Below, one piece after another: positions 13,882-24,092 of a stretch of DNA of 64,000 nucleotides. The stretch covers positions 2,914,001-2,978,000 of the forward strand of contig JBHGNT010000011.1 in assembly GCA_043228905.1 (NCBI GenBank), read 5' to 3'. This stretch comes from Azolla caroliniana (Eukaryota > Plantae > Polypodiophyta). The notes beneath the pieces were generated by a model. It made no database searches and was not told the origin of the DNA. It saw only the letters and a list, made by a program, of their open reading frames with translations. Each line of letters begins with the position of its first letter. Position 1 is the stretch's first letter. A program made the translations under genes and the position numbers.

Positions 13882-14032
13882 ATAAAGTAAGTCAGTTAAT
13901 GTAAAAAGTGTAAAAAAAAAACGTAAGAATGTTTTGATAACATACGCCTTCGTTTTTATTCGTATGAAAAAGAATGTTTGCCAATACATTCCAAGTATAT
14001 TACGTACTATGTTAGACTTTTGCTTGAGCCAA

Positions 14033-14077
<45 letters not shown>

Positions 14078-14080
<3 letters not shown>

Positions 14081-14166
14081 AATGGGTAAATACCCCATTT
14101 TTTTGTTGTAAACCATTTGTCTCATGGGCCAATTTTAGCCTTAGAAGACGTTAATATTTCTTTCTT

Positions 14167-14211
<45 letters not shown>
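14078..14211 (+). mobile_element. Extreme 3' fragment of RTEX-like LINE inside a (CT)n microsatellite
   Basis: ATGAATGGGTAAAT...GTCTCATGGGCCAATTTT.GCCTTAGAAGACGTTAAT followed by (TCTT)n(CT)n. Matches 49932-50045 and 54791-54885(-). Confidence 0.85.
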
Positions 14212-14215
<4 letters not shown>

Positions 14216-14689
14216 GGGTAAAAGCACACAATTATATTAATTGTATGTAAAATCCACTTAGTGACAACACTTCTTAGTCTCCTCTATCTATCATATATGC
14301 CTATGTAGGGAGAGGGACGTTCTGTAATGCTATAAAAAAACCTGAATATGCATTTAAAGAAATGATCCCCGCATGCTCTAACATCCAAAAATTCCACATG
14401 AGAATACCTTTCTACTTCTTTATATAGGCTTTCATCCCATGTCTATTATCAAACATGAAAGCATTACGCATATTCCAATTGTGTTGTAGACCCCAATAAC
14501 GTAAAAATTAGAACACTCTCTCCATCTCATCATTTGAACCATTTTGAACCTATTGAGAAAAAACCCATTGTTAAGGTCTCAAACAACAACGGGTTAAAAC
14601 TGGTCAAATGTCCGATAAGTACTTCCAAATGGTACACGCTATAGGACATTTAATGAACCTATGTTTATTATCCTCCAATGGAACGGTGT

Positions 14690-17600
14690 CGTGTCAAAGA
14701 AATTGGCGTGTGGATCAAGAGTTTAATCCGTTTACCAGCAATCGGAATTCGAAGTCAGGGATCGTCAATCCGAGCTTTGACATGAATTTTGTTTGGAGAA
14801 TTTTTTTAGTCGATTCTGCCAATCCGTTTGCCTACGGGTAGTATGGTGTACTTTTCTTATGTACAACCGCGTAGTGTGTCGTAAGCTCGCGTATTATATG
14901 GTTTATAAAGTGCCCACCTTGGTCACTAACGAGCTCAATTGGGCATCCATAACGGCACCAGAGATGTTCGTACACGAATTTTGTCGTGGATGCTGCTGTG
15001 TTGTCTCGTAAAGCCTTTGTCTCGACCCATTTTGTGCAGTAGTCTGTGGCCACGATGATATACTTATTACCAGTTTGGGCCGCGGCTAGTTTGAAGGGTC
15101 CCACAAAATCTAACCCCCATTTTTGAAATGGTTCTAATGGAAGAATGGGTTGGTGTGGCATTCGAGCTTGTTCCATCGGTTGTCCCAACCGTTGGCACAA
15201 GTCACACTGCCGACAGAACTCGTGGGCATCCTTTTTTATTGTAGGCTACCATAACCCTCTCTGCCATACTTTCCTTGTCGTGGACTCTCCGACAGAGTGT
15301 CCACCGGTGATTCCTAGGTGGGCCTCTTGGAGGATGGCCTTCTTCTCGAATTGTCGAATTGCCCGGCGTCATATTCCGTCCGAGCCTTTGTGGTAGAGGA
15401 TGTCGGAAACGAGACAAAAGTTTCGGCTTCGTACTGCGAGTTGTTTCCGCGCATCGAGGGGCATGTGGTCGGGAGGCAGGCCAGTACTAAGGAAATGGGT
15501 CATCTCTGTGATCCATTCATCTTCTTTGTCGTCTGGCAGCGTTGTGAGATTAAATAGGACGACATCGGGTAAATCGTCATACGTGGACTCGGCAGTGTCC
15601 CTTGACTCGAGGCGGCTTAGGTAGTCAGCGATGGCGTGTTGGACTCTAGGTCGATGCTTTATATGAAAATCAAACTCTTGTAAAAGGAGCATCCATCGAG
15701 CTAGTCGACCTGTCAGGGCTTGTTTATTGACCAGGTAAAGGAGGGCCGAGTGATCAACGTGAAATGTGAATTTTCGGCCTAAGAAGTAATGCCGAAATTG
15801 ACTGATGTTGTAGATCATACCGAGGGCCTCTCATTCGATGGTTGAATAGTTCTTTTCCGCGGCTGAGAGACGTTGGCTAGCATAATACACTGGCCGATAC
15901 CAATTTGGGGGCGTGCATTGCATAAGTGCGCTCCCGATGGCGATATCTGATGCGTCCACGAAAACGTGAAAAGGTTCTGACCATATCGGGGGCTGTACAA
16001 CTGGGGCATGCGAGAGCATTAATTTCAAAGCTTGGTAAGCCTCGTCTTCGATTGAAGTCCATTGAAAAGGAAGTCAATGCACCGCCGCATGTAGTGGTGT
16101 CGCGAAATCGGCCAGGTGGTGTATCATCCGACTGTGCCATCTGATTGTCCTAGAAATCGGCTGAGGGCCTTTGCGTTCGAGGGTGCGGAAGCATTTAGGA
16201 TGGCTTGTACTTTATCCGGGTCCATGGCGATGCCTTCTTGACTAACGATGTGCCAGAGTAGGTTGCCGCTTGTGACCAAGAACGCGCATTTTTCCGGGTT
16301 TAAATTTAACCGAGCCTGGCGACATCGATCAAGACAGAGACGTAATTGGGTCATGTGTTCCAGTCGCTGGCCATATAAGACGAAGTCGTCGAGAAAGACT
16401 TGCATGAACGCCGGGATATACTTGTTAAAAATTTCGGTGATGATGCGCTGGAACATGGCCGACGCCGTTTTCAAACCAAACATCATTACTTCTGCCACGA
16501 AAACACCCCATTCCATGACAAATGTTGTTTTCTCCTGATCATCCAGGTGCATCCTGATTTGGTTGTCACCATTGAACCCGTCTAGAAAGCTGTAGCATTC
16601 GTGACCTGCCACCGTGTTGAGAATGCTATCCGTGAACGGGAGAGGGAATCCATCCGTGACCGTTGCAGCATTAAGCTTGCGGTAGTCGACGCAGACTCGG
16701 ATTTTCTCGTTTTTCTTGGGGACGACTACGATTGGGCTTAACCATGTGGCGCGTTTTACAGGTCGTATGAACCATACTCGGAGGAGCTTGTCTATTTCTT
16801 CCTTGACCTTAGCCGCATAATTGGGGTTCATCCGGTATCGTCTTTGCTGAACCAGCCGAGCATCAGGGAGAAGATGGATCTGATGTTGGTAGTATTGAGG
16901 GTCCAAACCCTTCATATCTATGTAAGACCATGCGAATGCATCCTGGTAATCGGTGAGTAAGTGTATGAGGGCAGCTCGTTCGCCAGTTGGTAAGTTATTA
17001 GCAATCTGTAGGGTGCGAGGGTTCTCGTCTGAACCGAGGTTTAGTGTTTCGAGCGTTGATGCCTTCACTCGTTGGGAGATGGTGAGTTCTTGTTCAAAAG
17101 CGTCCCGAGTGTGTCGTAATTCTGCGATGGTGGTGGGATCGGGCTCGTCTTGAGGAGGTGTATTCTCCGTGACCTCCTCATCTAGAGATGTGCCGACTGC
17201 CGATATGGCGTCGATTTCGAAGAGGGGTATGATAGTGGGATGGTCTTCTAGGAAGTCAGCCACCTCGTCATCGGCTAACCCGTCGAGCATGTGCACCCCT
17301 TCCGCGTATAACGGCGAGGTGTTGTGGGGCGTGGTTACACGTTCTTCGGTTATGATCCGGACCTTGGTCTTTCCTTGGCGAAACGAGATCATGTTGCGCT
17401 GCCAATGCTGTTTGATATTTGTTGTGCACAACCATGGTCTGCCAAGTAACATTGGGTAGGCGCCCTATGCTTCGAGTCGTAATACAACGGCCGAGATAGT
17501 GAACATGTGGCCCCCTAGAGTAAAGTCGAGGTGACGGATTAATTCGATGGGGCGAACCGATCATGTATCGGCCATCCAAAGCCAAAAGGGGCAAGGTTCC

Positions 17601-18870
17601 CATTGGTTCAGACCGAGTTTATGATAGGTAGCCTCGCTGATGACATTCACGCCAGAGCCGCCGTCGATTATGCACCCGTGCAGGTCCCGTCCTTTAATCA
17701 TAATTTTTATGGCTGGATGCTGAGCCTCCATGAGGGGTGGACCCGTTCCTGGTTCGGTCAGGTGCACAGGTAGCGTGGTGGAATGGGTGTTGGCCGTGAG
17801 TGTAGCCAAGGTGTCCCGAAAACGCGGCATGAGTGGAAAGACTTTATGCAAAGGCAGGGAGATCCTGGAACTGGTAAGGGCGTCCCACAGCTGGTCATCT
17901 TTTGTCGACGTGGATGGTGCCGAGGACTGTGGTGCTCCGATGGTCGCGTCTCCCATTTCTGTCTACATCCGCACCACATTGTTTGTGTTAGCTGTATCAA
18001 TCCATTCTTTGGCTGCTTGCCGGACTTCATCCTGTACTTGCCATGGAGTGGCCTGGGTTTTACTGCGTGTTGTGACGTTTTGCATGTCGGCCATAATACT
18101 ATTCACGGCCAGACCCTTTCCGTGGTCTGTTGTTGGGCATTGCGTAGCGTAGTGACCGGGTTGGTTGCACTTGAAGCAAGTAATGGCGGCCAAGTTGCTG
18201 GTGCCAGCCCAATCTGTGTGTAGGGGGGGGTGTGATTGATTCTCGGCCTCGTGTGTTGGTGGGTTGGTCCAGGGCACGTTCGAGCTGCGCGGTTCATTTT
18301 GTGGGGGGTCCCAACGACGGTTGTCGTTATTCCTTCTGTTGTTGCGCAATCCTCAGTGAGAGTTGCGCCGATCATTACGGAAATTTCTCTGATCATATCG
18401 GTCCTCCCGATCATCGTCATATCAATCATAATCGTCGTTTGCCCGATACTGGTCATCGTGATAGCGATCACGGCGGTCGGCTGCTCTCCGTCGGTTGTTG
18501 TTTTGGTAACGGTCGTTGTCCCGATGGTAATCGTCGTCACGACGCCGCCTATCTGGCGATTGGGGTCGTTGGTTATCCTGGTTCTGGTAGGATTGTCACT
18601 CGTCCTGACGAGAGTATGTATCCTTGGGCTCAATTTGGCGAACCAGGGCCGTCGTTGTGCGGTTGAGCAAATTGTATTCACATTGCTCGACAGTTTGAGA
18701 TCGGGACTGGCAGATCGGACATTGTGGCCGGTGAGGACATTCGAGGGCCAGATGGCCCGATCCCGAGCAGACTGTGCATTGGAGTCTCTATGTGTATCTT
18801 GTTTCATTCTCATACACAGGTCCTTCAACATCACAGATGTTGTTTGTTTTTCCGCACTGACGACCTTGTC
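14690..18870 (-). mobile_element. Decayed Ty3/gypsy non-chromovirus (Athila/Tat-like) gag-pol
   Basis: Gag knuckles CTVCSGSGHLALEC and CFKCNQPGHYATQC; protease IIDGGSGVN; RT CVDYRKLN and VFLDDF; RNase H VDASD and VDHSAL; integrase KWGLDFVGP and LVSDQG. Frameshifts and stops throughout. Confidence 0.92.
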
Positions 18871-21134
18871 ACCAACATTTGGTATCAGAGTGTTGGAGGT
18901 TCTTCAACCTGCTGTCGGCCGTCATCGTACACCACAACATTCTGTTTTTTGTAACTTCTTGAAGAACAGAGAAGAGAGAAGACAAACAAGAAGTTTGCAT
19001 CTCACTGTGTTAAATCACTAATTGGAGTAAGCTAGCTGACTATACTTTGTTCCTGTGATTGTAACCACTTGAGGCAAGCTCCCTGTGCAACACCCGACCC
19101 AATCGTGCTTCATTCGGTTAAACGACATCCGAATAGGTCACCGGACACTATTCACTCGCTTGTTGTAACCACCCGCTGCAAATTGGTCTCCTGGCAACAA
19201 CCAAATTCGTGCTTCATTCGGTTGATTGACATTCGGGAGGATCAGTTGGATCCGTCCCTCTAATCGCTACAGTCACCCGAAGCAAAACCGGCCCAGACAA
19301 TCAATTTCTTGTAATCGGTATTCGGCATACAATCGAAAGCTAACCGGGCTCACTCCGACTCGGCAACATTCGGGAAGATCAGCCGGTTCTATCCCTCAAG
19401 TTACTAGAGTCACTCTGAGCAAGTTCAGCAACAAGTATCCGAAATCAAATCAACTCGGGTTCAAAACCGACTAGAACGATATCGGGTGAGCCGACTGACT
19501 GCACCCAACTAAGGTTCGTAGTCAACTCCAAACCGAGTCTTACCAACCTAAACCAAAGCAGATGGCATCAACATCCGACTCATCTCTCTCTGGGGGGCCC
19601 TTCTCTCTCTGAGAGGATATCTCCGTCTTTGTCTTTCGGCAACCAGCTCCTCTATTTTCTCTTCATATGAATCCAATTCGGGGTCTTGGCCGGTTCCGGT
19701 TTCACCTATTCCTTCTTCCTCGGCTTGTTTTGTCTCCTTACCGTCACCAGCCGATTCATCGAGTGCTAACCGGTCTCTTGCCGGTTGGGTCTGCTCATCG
19801 TAGAATCAATCCTTACTAGTGGACTCGGAGTTCATTATCTTCTTCTCCGACTCCCAGTCGGCAACCGTCTTGTCCTCCATGAAGATAATATCTCGACTCC
19901 GGAATACCTTCTTGTCGGCCAGGTCCCACACTCGGTAGCCGAACTCATCATCGCCGTAACCAAGGAATATGCATGGCCGGGTCTTTGGATCCAGCTTTCC
20001 TCTCCGGTCCTTAGCTACATGCACGTACGCGAGACAACCGAACACCTTCAGATGCCGATAGGACACTTCCTTACCAGTCCATACTCTCTGCGGCGTGTCT
20101 CCGTCCAAGGGTACTGAGGGTGATCTGTTTATCACTTACGTACTTGTCGACAGTGCCTCAGCCCAAAACGTCTTGGGTAGTTTAGCATGTGCTAGCATAC
20201 TCTGGACCCTCTCCATTATGGTCTGGTTCATCCTCTCGACTAGCCCATTTAGTTCCGGCGTCTTCGGCACGGTAAATTCAAGCCGGATTCCCTTCGAGCG
20301 GTAGTACTCCTCGAACTGCCCCCGGTATTCTCTTCCGTTATCTGCTCGAACCGCCTTCAGCTTCCGGCCGGTTTCTCTTTCCACTCTCGTGTGGAGCTCT
20401 TTGAAGACGGATAGCACCTGATCCTTCGTCTTCAACGGTGTGGCCCACAGCTTCTGGTTGTGGTCATCTATGAACGTCACGAAGTACTGTGATCTAGCAT
20501 GTGACTTCGTGTTCACTTGACACACATCAGTATGCACCAACTCCAATGGTGCATTACGTCTCATCGGTGGCCTCGATCGGAAGGAGGTCCGGTTTTTCTT
20601 ACCAGCTAGGCAGTCGATGCACCTCTCAAGATGCACGTCCTTCACCGGAATGAGGTTGTCATCGGCAAGCCTCTTCATCCCCTTCTCGCTCATGTGGCAT
20701 AGTCTCTTGTGCCACAGTTCACCGGTAGTGTCGGAAGCCACGTTTCACTTCTTCCGGGCATAACCGGGCATTTATCAGATACAACGTGTTGACCTTCTAG
20801 GCCTGAGCCACTATCAGGCTCCCTTTGCTGAATTTCATGACTCCGTTCTGGATGTTACCCCTGTAGCCTTCATCATCTAGCCGACCGGCTGATATCAGGT
20901 TCAGTCGAACCTCCGGAATGTGTTGGACATCCTTCAGCAACAGCTTGCATCCGGTTGGTGTTGTCAACCACACGTCTCCTATGCCGACAATTCGGCATGT
21001 ACCTTCATTGCCCATCCGGACACAACCGTGATCACCGGCTGTGTAGGATGAGAAGTATTTACGGTTCGGGGTAAGGTGGAACGACACTTCGGAATCAACA
21101 ACCCACGTTGTCTCGTCGCCGGCAAGGTTCAACT

Positions 21135-21767
21135 TATTAGAAATATTGAGAATCGAGTAGATAGGTATATAGAGTTACAACTGCAGAGATGGATATATGA
21201 AAATAGAATTTCTATTACATATGAGAGTAGTTCAAAATGGTAGTTTTCCCATGCGCTCACACCTTAGAGCTTAGATAGGATATGGACCGGCTCACTACAA
21301 AATTAGTGGGGACTGATGATCAATCTGACCACTGTGTGAGAAAAGTGACTTATAATCTATGTTTGGTCTTAGTATAAATGTGCAAGTCAGTTGACAGTAG
21401 TGGAGATATTCCTTTTCTGTCAACTGACTTGTCATTTAATATGACCCAACTCCCTAGGTACAGGCTAGTGCTAGATAATACTTATCTTGAAGTCAATGAC
21501 GCATACTTCAAGACTAAGTACATCGTAACTTGCCCACAAAATATTCTAGCTGACTTGATTAGCCAATCCTTTTATCTATTTCTCTCTTTCCTAAATATAT
21601 TGTGTCCTACGCATCTACGGTTTCCTAGATTAACACCTTATCGACCCATATGGTCGAGTTGCACACTAGCCGCTCCTCATTTGGGGCGCTATCACAAAAT
21701 GTGCAGTCTAAGAGCACATATGGGGATAGATTTACAACTTGGGGCTGATCATTGATTATATCTAACA
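21135..21767. mobile_element. Solo LTR (633 bp) inserted in copia, TSD CAACT
   Basis: Ends TATTAGA...TCTAACA (TG>TA). CAACT at 21130-21134 and 21768-21772. It splits the copia reading frame. Confidence 0.85.
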
Positions 21768-23361
21768 CAACTCACTCTCCTCGGTGATGAGCATCAACTC
21801 TTCTTCACTTGCCGCGATTGCCGTCATTCCCTTCCGGTCCGGCCCCCTCCGGTCTTTACCGTTCCGGTCCGGTGTCCACTTCGAATCGGTACCGTCGGTT
21901 TCCTTGTCTTTTCGGAAGTGCCGACAGTTCTTCTAGAAGTGTCCCGGCTTGCCGCAATAGAAGCAAGTAGGCCTCCCCCTTGACTTTGACCGTGTCCCTG
22001 ACTTTTCTTGGTTCTGGGGACTATGGTTCCTTTGTCTTCCGCATTCCGATTCGGTAAGGAGCGCTTTGGAGTCGGAGCTCGTATCCTTATCTTTCCGACG
22101 CGCTTCCTCATCTAGCAAGCTCGACTTCACGCTTGCTAGGGATAACCGTTTCCCTTCCGGCCCGGCGTTGCCCAACGTGACAACCAGCGTCTCCCAGCTA
22201 TCTAGGAGGGAACCGAGCAGGAGTAGTGCTAGTACCTCATCGGCGAGAGGTACTTCCAATGATGTTGCCTGGTGTATCAACCCCTGGAAGGCATTCATGT
22301 GCTCCGCCATGCTGGAGCCATCTTGGTATCAGAGTCTTACTAGCTTCCGAAATACTGAAACCTGATTAACAGCATTTTTGTTCTGGAACATAATGCCGAT
22401 CTTCTCCCAGAGCTCATGAGCCTTGCTCTCTTCATTGAAGTTGTTGTATAGACTCATGTCGATGAAGCACCGTATGTACGTCGTTGTCTTCATGTGCATC
22501 ACCTCCCATATCGTGGCGTCGATTTTGTCCGGTCTCTTGTCCCCGAACTGAACTGGCAACCAAAGATCTTTAACCATGAGCATGTCCCTCATCTTCGACT
22601 TCCACACTAAATAGTTGGAGCCGGTGAGCTTGAACATGCCTCCCAACGAATCGTCCATTTTTCTGTGTCGTTTCGCTCTGATACCAGTTTGTCGTGAAAT
22701 ACGTGGAATAATCTCCGGTCACAACCGAAGCGTAGATCACTTGATAACAATCAAACACAACAGAAATGGGAATGGAGGTAAGTACCCGAACAGAAAAGAG
22801 AATACATAGGATGTTAACGTGGAAAACCCTGAGAGGGAAAAACCACAGGAGTCCACAGACTCCAAACTGTCACTATGCCAACAATTACAACAGGGAGCAC
22901 AGATGCAACAACCTCGTGCTCATGATCTTCACTTGGCGGCGGTTACAACAGAGACATGTTATGTATCGCTCTCTCTGTCTCTCTCTCTATACATTCATTA
23001 CACCAAAATTACACACACCATAACTACTGAGTTTGCCCTAGGTCATATTTATACTAATATGACTTTCAGATATTTACAAAATATAGCCCTAGTGGGCTCT
23101 CTGGAACATATTTACATATATGTCCCTTCATCCGGTGAGAGGTTCTCACCGGGCCTGCATCATCCGGTTCTCACCGGGTCTTCCTTGCCGGGTACTCGTC
23201 ATCCGGTTCTCACCGGGTCTTCCGTTGTCGGGGTAGTTGTGGTTCGTGCGGCGAAGTCGCGGGGACTAAGGTTAAGGGGAGTTGAAGAAACTTAACTTTT
23301 AATAAGGCTTGTATGGTGATGATAGAATGGATAAGGATAGTAAGAAGAAGAGTTACGAGTA

Positions 23362-23416
<55 letters not shown>

Positions 23417-23580
23417 GAGCATAGATAAAAAATAGAGACAATGTATGATTCAAGAAAGAAGATTGAGACAAAGTATGATTCAAGGAACAAGATTATATGA
23501 TATAAACATTCAATGTATATTAAAAGTATAATATTTTAGCAACTTTACAATCCTTGATCGCAAACTACACACATTCTCTA

Positions 23581-23645
23581 TCGACCCTTGATTTGAACCC
23601 ACGACCTCAACTTCGAAACGAGAGGTTCTCCACCCAATGAGCTAG
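23581..23645 (-). promoter_or_regulatory. tRNA-derived Pol III A/B-box cassette in LTR
   Basis: - strand TAGCTCATTGG...TTTCGAA...AGGTCGTGGGTTCAAATC with tRNA-like spacing; acceptor stem decayed. Confidence 0.65.
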
Positions 23646-23894
23646 TTTTCTTTACTTGATTATATTATTTTCTCCCTCTCTCTTGATTCTTTCTTGTTTT
23701 CCTTGCCCCTCTTTATATAAGTGTTGCCATGCATATGGTAATGTATGGGAGCATGGCATGCATGCAATGCATGATCGCCATTTGGAGCACATGTATTGCA
23801 CGTGATACATGGTAGCCATCATGCTCACTTGAGCTCCCATGTATGAAAATAGATATGGGATAAGTATAATGATGAAAATGTATTCTAAAATAAC

Positions 23895-24092
23895 TAACCT
23901 AGCTTAGTGGTGTATACTTTGTGTTTGGCATACAAGGTTGAGAGTTCAAGTCTATCAATTTTACTTAATACAATATATAGCTTCATTCTTATATCATGAA
24001 GCACAATTATTACACACTTTTACAAATAAATAGCCTAGCCTAGTGGTATGTACATTGTACTTCGTATATAAGGATGCGGGTTCATGTCTCTC
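23895..24092 (+). promoter_or_regulatory. Two tandem tRNA-like A/B-box cassettes (~137-bp unit) in LTR
   Basis: TAGCTTAGTGG (23900) + GTTCAAGTC (23944); TAGCCTAGTGG (24036) + GGTTCATGTC (24079). Confidence 0.6.

Noticed and set aside
12261-14011. MITE with CATAGTAYG termini hosting the inverted-LTR element
   Set aside because: The terminal match is only 7-9 bp and no TSD is present
23581-23645. Functional tRNA gene
   Set aside because: Acceptor and anticodon stems do not pair; reported as a tRNA-derived cassette only
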